NCBI GenBank assembly: GCA_040377305.1
Contig: JBEIPA010000005.1
Span: 170,685 to 234,684 of the forward strand
DNA length: 64,000 nt
DNA from: Flavobacteriales bacterium
GTDB taxonomy: Bacteria; Bacteroidota; Bacteroidia; Palsa-965
Reading direction: 5' to 3'
Below are positions 28,387-38,739 of this stretch, one piece after another. A program made the translations under genes and the position numbers. The notes below the pieces were generated by a model, which worked only from the letters and a program-made list of their open reading frames with translations, was not told the DNA's origin and ran no database searches. The first letter of the stretch is position 1. Each line of letters opens with the position of its first letter.

Positions 28387-29912
28387 TCAGTATCCCGCTC
28401 GTGAGACTTACTCACCAACACAATTCTGAATTTGCGTTTGTATTCGTCCTGAAGCCATCTCACGTAATTGAGCGAGGTTTTCTCCAGACACCAGCAATAC
28501 TGTCGCATGCGGTATTCAATTTCATCATTGAGAAGAATTGAAAGTTCAAGCGCTTCGTCAACGTTGCTGCTGTTGTCGAGACACATTGCGACGTGCTGAT
28601 CCATGGAGCGATCAATCACCACTTTCGGACGTTCACCGATTCCCAAAGCTTTTCGGTGTTCTGCTTTCACATCGAAATCAATGTCTGTGCTCTTGCTGAA
28701 TCGTTCGCGCAATTCTGCAGGCATGGTATAACGATAGGTCCGCTCAATTTCCTCATCGCTCATGATTCCTTCGAGATAACTCTCCGGCGTTTCGAAAATA
28801 TGTCCCCAGTCAATCGGTCCATTCCATAAACCGAAGCGGGAGAAATTGTTACCGAGATCGATCACGGTAAATTCTTTCTTGTTATCAAGTATTCGCGAGC
28901 CACGACCAATCATCTGAAAATACAGAGTCAGTGATTTCGTTGCGCGATTGAGAATGATACAATCAACTGTCGGTTCATCGAAACCCGTTGTGAGAATACT
29001 CACTGAAGTCAGAATCGCATCAGGCTTATTACGGAACCATTCGAGAATTTCACGGCGCTCCTTCGAAGAATACGTGTGATCGAGGTGCTTGATGTCGTAA
29101 CCAGCTTCCTTGAACGTAACGTACACATACTGAGAAGTCGCTACACCGTTATTGAAGATGAGCGTTTTCTTACCTAAACCTTTTTCGCGATACGCGTGCA
29201 AGAGTTTATCCTGCATCACATGACTATTGTACACGCGTTCCGATGAACTAACGGTGTAATCGCCATTGCGTCCAACCTTGAGAGCAGTGAGTCCAACGTG
29301 ATAATGCCAGGTAACTGCATTCGCCAGGAATCCTTTTGCAATCAACGAAGGAATTGATTCACCTACGATCAACTCATTGTAAGTATCGCGCATCCGAATT
29401 TCAATGTTCGAGCTGAGCGGAGTTGCGGTTACGCCAAGTACAACACCTTTCTCGTAGAACTTGAACATCTTACCGAAGGAGTTGTAGTGCGCTTCATCGA
29501 TGATCATCAACCCCACGTTATCCAGATCCAGAATCTCATCGCGTAAACGGTTGTTCAGTGTTTCCACCATCGCAACGAAACACATGAACGTATTTGGCAT
29601 TGGAATTTCCTTCACCTCGCTGTCGATGATCATATTCGGAACACCGAACTCATTCAACATGGTCGATGTTTGCGCACACAATTCAATGCGATGTGTAAGG
29701 ATGAGAACTTTCTTGCCGGTTTCTGCAATGAAACGTCGTGCAATCTCCGAGAAGATGACGGTCTTACCACCGCCCGTAGGCAGTTGATATAAAAGGTTAA
29801 AGTTGTGCGGATTGTCGTGGATCTTTTTCAAGATCTCGTCAATAGCATTTTGCTGATAAGCGTAAAGTTGCTTACCCTGCTTTATTTCCTGTGGTAGAAT
29901 GGAATCAGACAA
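28377..29912 (-). CDS. DEAD/DEAH box (SF2) helicase
   Basis: LYAYQQ, PTGGGKT, DEAH, TATP, TTGFDEP and QMIGRG.R motifs; TTG 29912 chosen because a TATCTTTG box lies at 29919-29926. Confidence 0.9.
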   Translation of the reverse strand: MSDSILPQEIKQGKQLYAYQQNAIDEILKKIHDNPHNFNLLYQLPTGGGKTVIFSEIARRFIAETGKKVLILTHRIELCAQTSTMLNEFGVPNMIIDSEVKEIPMPNTFMCFVAMVETLNNRLRDEILDLDNVGLMIIDEAHYNSFGKMFKFYEKGVVLGVTATPLSSNIEIRMRDTYNELIVGESIPSLIAKGFLANAVTWHYHVGLTALKVGRNGDYTVSSSERVYNSHVMQDKLLHAYREKGLGKKTLIFNNGVATSQYVYVTFKEAGYDIKHLDHTYSSKERREILEWFRNKPDAILTSVSILTTGFDEPTVDCIILNRATKSLTLYFQMIGRGSRILDNKKEFTVIDLGNNFSRFGLWNGPIDWGHIFETPESYLEGIMSDEEIERTYRYTMPAELRERFSKSTDIDFDVKAEHRKALGIGERPKVVIDRSMDQHVAMCLDNSSNVDEALELSILLNDEIEYRMRQYCWCLEKTSLNYVRWLQDEYKRKFRIVLVSKSHERDTDQG

Positions 29913-29937
29913 AGTGTGCAAAGATACTACGCAAAAA

Positions 29938-30022
29938 GGGATAAGGGAATAGGGGATTAAGGGAATACGGCATTCAGGCGTAAATAAATTTGCCCAAATC
30001 CCCCAATCCCCTAATTCCCAAT
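29938..30022. repeat. Short-period (about 8-nt) purine/pyrimidine mirror repeats forming an imperfect fold-back
   Basis: GGGATAAGGGAATAGGGGATTAAGGGAAT ... CCCAAATCCCCCAATCCCCTAATTCCCAAT. Confidence 0.6.
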
Positions 30023-30025
30023 TAC

Positions 30026-30352
30026 CTATTTGCGTTTTCGAGAGCCTAAATATGCCGCTCCGGCAACGCCTGCCATCGCAACCGCCCCAATCAACATCTT
30101 CCGTTTACGTGGCATCTTCTTGAACGCTTTTACGACAATTAGTCCCATAGTAGCAGTATCAATAACGCGTTCCCAACGACGAACTTTATCGGCAAATCCG
30201 CGTGGCAACACATTAATCCACGACAACTTCTCCGATTCCGGTTCGACTGACTCTGTATATTTTCTTTTTGCAGGATCATTGTCCCGCAAATCGTGCTTGC
30301 TTGTTCCCCCGCCTTCCATGTCGGGCCCGAAGTGAATTACCATCTTTCTCAT
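30026..30352 (-). CDS. Hypothetical protein with C-terminal membrane anchor
   Basis: 108-aa ORF; hydrophobic tail flanked by basic residues. Confidence 0.55.
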   Translation of the reverse strand: MRKMVIHFGPDMEGGGTSKHDLRDNDPAKRKYTESVEPESEKLSWINVLPRGFADKVRRWERVIDTATMGLIVVKAFKKMPRKRKMLIGAVAMAGVAGAAYLGSRKRK

Positions 30353-30525
30353 AGCGTCAGCGATTTAAAATTGAACTTCACTTTAATCTCGTCTGTTTAT
30401 ACTATGAAAATTGCGTGCCTCAGGATGCTTGAATGAATAATGACGGTGAATAGCTGCGAGTGATCGAAGGATGATTTTTTTAGCAACAACTAAAACGCCG
30501 ATTTGCTGAAATTCATCCACACTTT

Positions 30526-31278
30526 CTACGGATATTTATCAGATCCCTGCACCCAAATGAAGGATTGCAAATCGATATAGTCTCGTGGCTTGAGGTGAAG
30601 AGTATCCTCGCGAACCTGCTCAGCGAACTCCAGCATGTTCTGATACGTTTCCCACTGTGGTTTCGAAGTATAATAGAAATCGTACTTGTAATTCTCCGCT
30701 GCAACCTGCGTAACACGTGGCTTCAGAAAAATATGTTCATTTGGATTCGCGAGAAAACCGAAAACCGAAACCACTGGCCATGTAAACACCTGTGTTTGCA
30801 CTCTCGGCAGGCGACGCACACATTCTATCCAGAGTTCAAAGCGATCTTTAATATCGTCTTCGCCATAAACAAATTGATATAATCCCTCTGCAAACAAACG
30901 CGCTCCTGCTGATGTTCTTACCGCATCACGCAACGCCATCTTCTCGAAAGAAAATAGCAGGTTTGTCCGCGATTCAATTCGGCCAGCTTCCTGCGCTATC
31001 TCATCGTAATTGCCCTGCTTCAGCAATTTCTCAAACCGTGTCCGTCCAAGTTTTTCTTCGAACAGCAAATGTGCATTCCATTTGTACTCGCGCTCCCAGC
31101 CTATGTATGTCTCATCCGCAAATCCGTTTTTGAAATAACGGAGAAACTTACGTTGGCAGGTTGCGCGCTCCCGCTGAACTTTAACCGTATTTGAATCTCC
31201 CATACTGCTCAATATCTCTGACTTCCCCATGATTCTGCTTTCAGATACTGGATAAAATTCTGTGCCATTTTGTTTCAC
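30526..31278 (-). CDS. Conserved hypothetical protein; start uncertain
   Basis: F..GF.D..Y...ER.YK..AH, TWP, HIFLKP..T and PRD.IDLQSFIWV motifs. Confidence 0.7.
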   Translation of the reverse strand: MKQNGTEFYPVSESRIMGKSEILSSMGDSNTVKVQRERATCQRKFLRYFKNGFADETYIGWEREYKWNAHLLFEEKLGRTRFEKLLKQGNYDEIAQEAGRIESRTNLLFSFEKMALRDAVRTSAGARLFAEGLYQFVYGEDDIKDRFELWIECVRRLPRVQTQVFTWPVVSVFGFLANPNEHIFLKPRVTQVAAENYKYDFYYTSKPQWETYQNMLEFAEQVREDTLHLKPRDYIDLQSFIWVQGSDKYP

Positions 31279-31401
31279 TGGAAATCTTACCGAATCATAT
31301 CATCGAATGACCGTGCATTCCTCAAACTGAGCGGATATTTCCCCTGCATTTGACTATTTGTATCTATCCGCAAGCAATGCGTTATAATTCAAACACAGAA
31401 T

Positions 31402-32670
31402 ATGAGAATCCTTGTCGTAACAATTTTCTTAGTGATCACAACTGCCCTCTCTGCTCAGGAAGTGCTTCGCAATTTTGCGCTGTTTGACTATAACAGTTTT
31501 GAACTTACAACCGAAACAAAAGCACTGATCGACGGTATGCTCACTGAAATCGGTAGCAGAAAGATTATCAAAGTGGAATTATATGGACACACCGACAGCG
31601 ATGGTGATGCACAGGCCAATCTCTTGCTCTCCGAAAACAGAGTGAGTTCAGTGAAAACATACTTGTCTTCAAAAGGAATTACCGAAGCCCGTATCGTAAC
31701 CGAACACTTCGGAGAAACAAAACCGGCTTACAGTAATTCCAACGATGCCGGAATGCACAAGAATCGAAGGGTAGAAATTGTTTTCACGTACGAAGCGGTA
31801 CAACCAATCGTCATTACCCAGGCTGTGCAACCAGCGCCTGCTCCGGTTTCACAACCCACGAAACCGAAACGATCATCTCCGATCACAGGAACCACACAGG
31901 TGTTTAAAGTGAACGCGAAAAATGAAATCGATATTACCGGAAGTTTGGGAACACACTTTATTTTTCCGAAGAACTGTTTCACTGATGCCAATGGAAAGTC
32001 GGTAAGTGGCGATTTCACCATAGAGATTGTTGAAGTCTATACGAGAGATGAAATGATCCGTCACAATCTCAATACAACTTCAAACAACAAACTCCTTGAA
32101 TCGGGCGGCATGGCGTATGTGCGCGCCAGCAACAGCGATGGTGAGTTGAGCCTTGCGTCTTACGCACAGTACACCGTTGAGTTTCCAACCGACAATCAGA
32201 TAAAAGGAATGCAGCTTTTCTATGGAGATACCAGTTCCGGAAATCTTGATTGGGTTCCAAAGCCAGCACCTGTTACCAAAGGAGGCGATTGGGATTACGC
32301 AGCACAGCAGTCGCTTGACAAATACGTTTTTACCTCCTCCAAACTTGGCTGGATCAATTGCGACCATTTTCTTCTCAACTATGTTGTGACCGATTTGGTG
32401 GTTGAATCGAACGATACTGCCGGCGTGAGTTTTTGTCTGGTGTTCAAAGACTTCAACTCGATAATGTTGCGCGATCTGAATGCAGACGAAATTACATTCC
32501 GCAATGTTCCCGTCGGCCAAACTGCAACCATTGTCGCGTTCCGGAAAACGGAGGCGGGTGCTTTTTACGCGAGCCAGCAAGTAAAGCTCGAAGACAATAT
32601 GCATCAATCTATTTCCATGGTACAACTCACCGAAGAAGTGTTTCAGAAAGAGATCGGGGAGTTCCGTTAG
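31402..32670 (+). CDS. OmpA-domain protein (N-terminal OmpA_C plus unknown beta-rich domain)
   Basis: Signal peptide; GHTD..G....N..LS..R...NRRVEI; LLESGGM and LGWINCD motifs. Confidence 0.85.
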   Translation: MRILVVTIFLVITTALSAQEVLRNFALFDYNSFELTTETKALIDGMLTEIGSRKIIKVELYGHTDSDGDAQANLLLSENRVSSVKTYLSSKGITEARIVTEHFGETKPAYSNSNDAGMHKNRRVEIVFTYEAVQPIVITQAVQPAPAPVSQPTKPKRSSPITGTTQVFKVNAKNEIDITGSLGTHFIFPKNCFTDANGKSVSGDFTIEIVEVYTRDEMIRHNLNTTSNNKLLESGGMAYVRASNSDGELSLASYAQYTVEFPTDNQIKGMQLFYGDTSSGNLDWVPKPAPVTKGGDWDYAAQQSLDKYVFTSSKLGWINCDHFLLNYVVTDLVVESNDTAGVSFCLVFKDFNSIMLRDLNADEITFRNVPVGQTATIVAFRKTEAGAFYASQQVKLEDNMHQSISMVQLTEEVFQKEIGEFR

Positions 32671-32718
32671 GTCCTTTGATCAAGCAGACCATGTTTGCAT
32701 TTTCGCTAACTTGCCTCT

Positions 32719-32997
32719 ATGAATATTCTCGATTTGCTGATCGGCCTCACGCTGATGAATGCCATGCCACATTACGTTCTCGGCGTGTGGAACGCCAAAA
32801 TGCTTAGCGGATTCGGAACGGGCAACACAAAAAACATCGTGTGGGGACTCTGCAATTTCGCACTGTCCGTTGGTCTGTTTATTTACGAGTACGGATTCGT
32901 AGGTTTTGTAAATCACCAGATGTATACGGGTGCGCTGATTGTACTTATTACCTTCTTTTTCACTTCACCGTTTTGGTATAAGCACTACAACAAATGA
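32719..32997 (+). CDS. Small membrane protein
   Basis: Three TM segments; N.MPH...G and N..WG..N motifs. Confidence 0.65.
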   Translation: MNILDLLIGLTLMNAMPHYVLGVWNAKMLSGFGTGNTKNIVWGLCNFALSVGLFIYEYGFVGFVNHQMYTGALIVLITFFFTSPFWYKHYNK

Positions 32998-33701
32998 AAT
33001 ATTCATTTTTCATTGCCTCGCTTACCTGCGCGTTCATTCTTTTTTCCTGTGGTGAACCAAAAGCGGAACCAGAAACGGATTTAAATATCCTCAAGGCTGA
33101 TGAACGTGATTTGTGCGCTTCGCAAAACATTGACTCCACGTTAATTTTGCTACTTCGCGAAACTTCAAGAGCAAAGCTGGACGTTTTCCTTCCTGATAGT
33201 GTATACACATTCGATTCCGCTGATAATTGGATTTCCCGTGCTTCTAATCTTCAGGGTGTAATGTTTGAAGCAACTTCCGGTCAGGCAGCTGCTTTGTGCG
33301 ACGAGTATGGTGATGATTTCAATACGAAAGGTCACACCATTTACGTCTTCGAACAAAATTTCGGAATTGACAGCGAAAAAGACAAAGTTGCGATTGTCAA
33401 TACATCCGACAAGTACGAAATTCTTCGCGAGACTGCGACGGATGGAATAAACTACGACATTGATAACGACAGCGTGATCACCATCATTAAAACATTCGAC
33501 GCCAAATATGATCTTATACTTACAGGATGTGGATTGGACTGGTGTCAGTTCAACATTGGTAAAGCCCCTTCTGATTGGGAAATGATGGCGAAAGAAGTGT
33601 ACGATGTATGTCCGGACGTAGTGGATCAGGGAACGGGAAGTGTAGAGGATTTGGCCAAGGAGCTTGAGGAGTTCAAGACGCTTTATTTGTGGTGGGACTA
33701 A
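32994..33701 (+). CDS. DUF4253 domain lipoprotein
   Basis: Lipobox LFSC; TDG.NYD, A.E.Y..CPD.VDQG and terminal LWWD. Confidence 0.85.
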   Translation: MKYSFFIASLTCAFILFSCGEPKAEPETDLNILKADERDLCASQNIDSTLILLLRETSRAKLDVFLPDSVYTFDSADNWISRASNLQGVMFEATSGQAAALCDEYGDDFNTKGHTIYVFEQNFGIDSEKDKVAIVNTSDKYEILRETATDGINYDIDNDSVITIIKTFDAKYDLILTGCGLDWCQFNIGKAPSDWEMMAKEVYDVCPDVVDQGTGSVEDLAKELEEFKTLYLWWD

Positions 33702-34168
33702 TGGAACCTTCACACCTAAATCGCTCTTTGCTTTCCCTGCGTTCGATTTGTCTTAAGAAAATAGCAGGCAAAGATCTGATTGACAACAAAGAGTTGCTCG
33801 GTTTATTTCAAACTACGCGTACTGTAATTCGTGAATATCAGCAGCAACATCAGATTCCCGAAATGGAAATTGTGTTGGAACGAATGCCTGATCCTGTGAC
33901 TTTTGAAACGCGACCATTCTTTTTCGAGGCGTATCGTTATGTGTATGAAATCATTTTGTTGCTTATAGGAATGGTTACCGCCTTTTTTTCTCCTTGGATA
34001 GGGCTTCCGCTACTACTTCTTGTGCTGATCGTAGATATCACCGTTCGCATTCTCATGAATCGGAGAAACTCGCGCATCATTGATGCTTTGCATCAGATCG
34101 CAGGAGGCTGCTCATCCATAGAAATGCTGGTCCGGAATAATGAATCGTACATTACTGCGAAAGTGTAA
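33701..34168 (+). CDS. Hypothetical membrane protein
   Basis: ATG overlaps upstream TAA; two TM segments. Confidence 0.55.
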   Translation: MEPSHLNRSLLSLRSICLKKIAGKDLIDNKELLGLFQTTRTVIREYQQQHQIPEMEIVLERMPDPVTFETRPFFFEAYRYVYEIILLLIGMVTAFFSPWIGLPLLLLVLIVDITVRILMNRRNSRIIDALHQIAGGCSSIEMLVRNNESYITAKV

Positions 34169-34348
34169 GGTCTGCCCCGCAGAAACGATCAATTTTTTTG
34201 CGGGATCGTCGCACACTGTGACGTGAACGTTACAAATTGTTGACACTGTTGCACAATTTAAATTCCCATTAACGCAATTCAAGTTCAAATTTGCATTGGT
34301 ACGGCTTATGCATGGTATTATACGTACGAAGATCAATTCGCACTTTGT

Positions 34349-34510
34349 GAAGCTCTGTTTAGTGAAGTCGCAACTGGTTTGTCAAGTGGGCGCAACGGAC
34401 ATCGGGAACATGGGTATTTTCCTACTTTCCATCCATGACCAACGAATAGGTAGACGAGCCTGTCATCCGTTAGCTAGTGTCAAAGACTTCTACTGAACAG
34501 AGTTTCTTTA
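34349..34510 (+). ncRNA. Candidate structured RNA (long rod with internal bubbles)
   Basis: 5' arm 34349-34369 pairs with 34485-34506 using G-U pairs; nested stems; -7-like GCACTTTG at 34340-34347; T-rich 3' end. Confidence 0.55.
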
Positions 34511-34616
34511 TCACTTCCAGTTTCTGTTCGTGTTTCTCCGGTGTGTTGCGACTCAATTCAGTAACTTCACGCAACATATCACCGGGAAAAATATTAACGA
34601 ATCTTCTTCCAATACT

Positions 34617-36191
34617 ATGCGCTTTCTCTTCGTGTTGTTCTGCCTTGCTGTGTCACAAATGTTGTCCGCTCAAATCATGTTTGAGAAAACATTACGCGAC
34701 ACCGTTTCCATGTCTGCTCAATGCGCAGAACCACTTCCCGACGGTGGCTATATAGCCTGTGCGTCAATCCGGGGCGCCACCCGTTACCATGCCACACTGC
34801 TTCGTCTGGATTCTGCAGCCAATGTAATCTGGACTAAAACCTACGCCGGATTCGTTGATCAATTTGCTATGGATGTTAAACCTGTTACTGGTGGTGGATT
34901 TGTTTTGCTGGTTCAAAAACAACAAATGACTTCGTATGAAGCAATGGTGATACGTACCGATTCTGCAGGAAATATTATCTGGCAACAATCGTATGGAGGA
35001 CCTGGAGATGAAGAAGTGAAGGAAATCATGGAAACATCCGATGGTGGATTTCTCATTTCCTGTCAATCGAATTCATACGGATATTATCCCGGTGCTACAC
35101 TAATTAAAATAGATGCCGCAGGTGCAGTCCTGTGGAGCAGGAACTACAGAGGTAACCGGGGTGCTGCAGGTTGCAGCGCAAAAGAAGTTCCGACAGGTGG
35201 ATACATACTTACAGCGCGCCTAATGGATAGCGTAGTCGGTTATGTAAACGATGTAATGGTTGTGCGGGTCGATGTCAATGGTATTATTCAATGGTCAACT
35301 GTTTTCGGTTCAACGAATACGGAAGAACCGTACGACATTGAAGTGTCGCCGGACAACGGATGCTATGTAACGGGCAGATTGTACGGTATTGGTGCAGGTC
35401 ACACAGACATTTTTCTTTCCAGACTTGATTCTCTTGGAAACCTGATGTGGACGAAAACATACGGCGGTCCCGGTTTCGAATTGAGTTACGACATGGATGT
35501 GACGCGCGACAGTGGAATAGTTATCAGCGGGTGGACAACAAGTTTCAGTGCAACAACAAATGATTATTATCTCATCAGGACAGATTCAGATGGTGACACT
35601 TTGTGGACCAGCATCAGTAACAGCCCTACTACCGGCGGCAACTTTATGTGGAATGTTGCAGAAACAAGTGATGGTGGGTTTATATGTTCGGGTGAATCCC
35701 ATTTAACGGGCAACTTCATATATGTGATGTACCTGGTAAAAACCGGACCCGACGGGAATACCGGATGCAACCAGCAGGGAACTGCTACGCTAGTTGTGGA
35801 TACTGTATTACCAGTTACCAATCTCAACGTTGTGGCAATTAGCGGGAGCGCAGTCGTTACAACTGCGGTCACTGTAGGAACATGTGTATTCATTGATTCA
35901 ACCTATTGCTCAAATGTTGGAATTCACGAACAGGCAGCTCATGAAAATCAAATTTCTGTTTACCCATGTCCTGCCTCAACATCCATCACAATTACTTCCG
36001 ATGCGTATCTCCACAACGCGAAAATTATCATCTGGAATTCCGTTGGACAGCTCGTTCAGCAACATTCCGGAGCGTATGGACATTCTGTCGCACTTGACTG
36101 CAGTGAATTAACATCCGGAATCTACTTTATCACCGTAACCGACGGACCGGAAGTTTCATCGACGCGGCAGTTAATGATCATCAATGAATAG
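34617..36191 (+). CDS. Secreted beta-propeller repeat protein with T9SS C-terminal domain
   Basis: Signal peptide; repeated D..G...W.KTYGG / T.DGG units; VYPCPAS...SGIYF. Confidence 0.85.
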   Translation: MRFLFVLFCLAVSQMLSAQIMFEKTLRDTVSMSAQCAEPLPDGGYIACASIRGATRYHATLLRLDSAANVIWTKTYAGFVDQFAMDVKPVTGGGFVLLVQKQQMTSYEAMVIRTDSAGNIIWQQSYGGPGDEEVKEIMETSDGGFLISCQSNSYGYYPGATLIKIDAAGAVLWSRNYRGNRGAAGCSAKEVPTGGYILTARLMDSVVGYVNDVMVVRVDVNGIIQWSTVFGSTNTEEPYDIEVSPDNGCYVTGRLYGIGAGHTDIFLSRLDSLGNLMWTKTYGGPGFELSYDMDVTRDSGIVISGWTTSFSATTNDYYLIRTDSDGDTLWTSISNSPTTGGNFMWNVAETSDGGFICSGESHLTGNFIYVMYLVKTGPDGNTGCNQQGTATLVVDTVLPVTNLNVVAISGSAVVTTAVTVGTCVFIDSTYCSNVGIHEQAAHENQISVYPCPASTSITITSDAYLHNAKIIIWNSVGQLVQQHSGAYGHSVALDCSELTSGIYFITVTDGPEVSSTRQLMIINE

Positions 36192-36319
36192 CAGGACAAA
36201 ACGTATGCTCTGCAATACCGGCTCAATCACGGTACAATGACGCACGGATGGCAGCAGGAGGATTTATGAAAACTCAAATGTTTTTGTAAATTGCCTTTGC
36301 TGAATAAACCCGCTAACCC

Positions 36320-37009
36320 ATGTCAGTTCCAGAACCGCACCGGGATCTGTTGATCTCTTACACAACACTTCGCAGAATAATTGGAATACTCGGAATTGCA
36401 TTGCCCTTTGTATTATGGCTTGGATCCATGGTCATTGGTCAATGTGATGAGAAACAACTTTCAATCAGCAACTACTATCATACCCGTATGGGCGATGTCT
36501 TTGTAGGTACACTCTGCGCAATTTCACTTTTTCTGTTCACCTACAAGGGTCACAACAAAGCCGATGGAATTCTTGGCAACATAGCGGGTGTTCTTGGTGT
36601 TTTGGTTGCTCTGTTTCCCACAACGTTGAAGAAGAACGGAGATGGACTTGCCATACAATGCAACATTTCCCGAACCGTTCAGAATCCGGAATGGATAGGC
36701 GCGTTTCATAACATCTGCGCCGGCTTGTTGTTACTTTCGTTGGCGTTATTTTCAATTTGGTTGTTCACGAAAAAGCGCGATGGTGAAGAGCCAACTTCTG
36801 AGAAGAAAATACGTAATGGTATTTATATCGGCTGCGGAATTGTGATGATACTTTGCGTTATAGCTTGCGCACTTTTTCTGTACATCGACTCGTGGAAGGA
36901 AGTTGCGCTTGAACATAAACTCATTTTCTGGCTGGAAACCGTTGCACTTTGCGCCTTCGGAACTTCCTGGCTGGTGAAAGGCGAAACGCTTTGGCGCGAC
37001 AAAAAATAA
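36320..37009 (+). CDS. DUF998-like multi-TM membrane protein
   Basis: LRR.IG.LG..LP, SIS.YYH, FL.TYKG, H...A and E..AL.AFG.SWLVKG motifs. Confidence 0.75.
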   Translation: MSVPEPHRDLLISYTTLRRIIGILGIALPFVLWLGSMVIGQCDEKQLSISNYYHTRMGDVFVGTLCAISLFLFTYKGHNKADGILGNIAGVLGVLVALFPTTLKKNGDGLAIQCNISRTVQNPEWIGAFHNICAGLLLLSLALFSIWLFTKKRDGEEPTSEKKIRNGIYIGCGIVMILCVIACALFLYIDSWKEVALEHKLIFWLETVALCAFGTSWLVKGETLWRDKK

Positions 37010-37029
37010 CAACACAAAAAAACAATCCT

Positions 37030-37242
37030 ATGACTAAAGCATCATCCGATCAGAAGAAAACACTCAAAGGCAAAATTCTGTTGTTGCGAAAAAAAGGTTT
37101 ACAGGCTTACGGCAATGATTTAGACCGTCAGCTTAAAGCAGCGGGAACTTCTAAGTTGAAGCAGGCGTATCGCGGTTACCTCGAGAAAGAAATTGCAAAG
37201 AACAACGAGCGCATCGCCAAAATTGACGCGAAACTGAAATAG
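37030..37242 (+). CDS. Small basic helical hypothetical protein
   Basis: ATG 37030 after an A-rich leader; 70 aa. Confidence 0.55.
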   Translation: MTKASSDQKKTLKGKILLLRKKGLQAYGNDLDRQLKAAGTSKLKQAYRGYLEKEIAKNNERIAKIDAKLK

Positions 37243-37304
37243 GTCTGCGTTAATTTTTCTCAATAAGTAAAGAGCAACGAAAACTTGTTCTATTATTGAG
37301 CAAT

Positions 37305-37604
37305 ATGCGTCGCCTTCCTGTTATCGGATTCCTCATCGGTTTGTTCTGTGCCTTTCTTTGGTACGCACCTATGATATTCCGCCTAGACCTCGGTGATGCC
37401 CCGCAGGAATCCTTAATACGCGATTTTCTTGTGTGGATATCTACGCCGGTTGCACACATCGTAGCGGCAATCAAGGGTTGGCCTCTGCAACAGGAAGCGG
37501 CGATTTACATTTACGTCTTCTACGCCATTCCAATTACACTTCCGCTGCTCGGACTTCTACTTGGGCTCACTTGGTCGGGAATCAAAAGGCTCCGTAACCA
37601 TTAA
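37305..37604 (+). CDS. Hypothetical membrane protein
   Basis: Two to three TM segments. Confidence 0.5.
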   Translation: MRRLPVIGFLIGLFCAFLWYAPMIFRLDLGDAPQESLIRDFLVWISTPVAHIVAAIKGWPLQQEAAIYIYVFYAIPITLPLLGLLLGLTWSGIKRLRNH

Positions 37605-37679
37605 CCTGCGGAATTTGCCATTTATCAAGTCGCAAATGTTCACGCGCAATTTTACGATACCTTCGGGCAAATTCTACCA

Positions 37680-38654
37680 ATGAAAAATCGTGTTTTCAAA
37701 ATAGCTACAGCTATGGTTGTTGCCATCGCCGGACTTTCCTTTGCAGCGAATTACAGTTTCAGCAAAGACAATCCGCGTGAAGTAAAACCGTTCATGCCCG
37801 AAATTGTAAAACAGTTTCCGGATGTGCGCGATATTGCTCTTTCTCCAAACGGCGGCGAAGCGTATTTCACCATTCAGAGTTACGCGAATGAAATTTCTGC
37901 AATCGTGTTTGTAACGCTGGAAGATGGAACGTATTCTAAACCGAAAGTTGCATCTTTCTCCGGAAGATACGGTGACATGGAGCCCTGCTTTTCCGCTGAC
38001 GGACTGAAACTCTATTTTGTTTCGAATCGCCCGAACACCATGCAGGAAACTACAGAAAGCAATTACGACATCTGGTATGTTGAGCGAAAGAGCATCAACG
38101 AAGCGTGGGGCGCGCCAGTGAACATGGGCTTTCCGGTGAATACAGGTGACAACGAATTCTATCCGAATGTTGCGAAATCAGGGAATCTGTATTTCACCTG
38201 TGATGGACGAGGCTCAAAAGGCAAGGATGATATCTTCATGTGTGAATTCCGTAACGGAAAATATCTGGAGCGTGAATCGTTGAGCGACTCAATTAATTCG
38301 GAAGGCATGGAATTCAACGCCTTTGTTGCTCCCGACGAATCGTATTTGATTTACACGTGTTACAACAAGAAAGGCGATTTCGGCAGCGGCGATTTGTATA
38401 TCAGTCGCAAAGAAAAAGGAGTTTGGAAAAAAGGAATGAATCTTGGTTCCGATTTCAACACAAACAAAATGGAGTACTGTCCGTTCGTGGATACGAAAAA
38501 CGGTGTGTTGTATTTCACGAGCAGAAGAAACAAAGTGAATACCAACTTCGACAGCGAACAAACACTCGAAGAGCTACTCGGAGAAATGAATCGCTATGAA
38601 AACGGGCAAAGTCGATTGTATCAGATCGAAGATCGCGGCCTGAGTGTGAAGTAA
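37680..38654 (+). CDS. PD40/TolB-like beta-propeller exported protein
   Basis: Signal peptide; P.FS.DG..LYF.S.R and N.G..VNT repeats. Confidence 0.85.
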   Translation: MKNRVFKIATAMVVAIAGLSFAANYSFSKDNPREVKPFMPEIVKQFPDVRDIALSPNGGEAYFTIQSYANEISAIVFVTLEDGTYSKPKVASFSGRYGDMEPCFSADGLKLYFVSNRPNTMQETTESNYDIWYVERKSINEAWGAPVNMGFPVNTGDNEFYPNVAKSGNLYFTCDGRGSKGKDDIFMCEFRNGKYLERESLSDSINSEGMEFNAFVAPDESYLIYTCYNKKGDFGSGDLYISRKEKGVWKKGMNLGSDFNTNKMEYCPFVDTKNGVLYFTSRRNKVNTNFDSEQTLEELLGEMNRYENGQSRLYQIEDRGLSVK

Positions 38655-38694
38655 TCGCTTGGATTCCGAAACATTCCCTTGGGCGATTTGTTTT

Positions 38695-38735
38695 TGATGA
38701 CTGATAGGTGATCAGCAATCAACTATCAGTCATCA
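38695..38735. terminator. 13-bp perfect inverted repeat between convergent genes (possible bidirectional terminator)
   Basis: TGATGACTGATAG (38695-38707) / CTATCAGTCATCA (38723-38735). Confidence 0.5.
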
Positions 38736-38739
38736 GCTA

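Noticed and set aside
34296-34496. 66-aa ORF in the intergenic gap
   Set aside because: Weak TTG start and no protein features; the region is better explained by RNA structure
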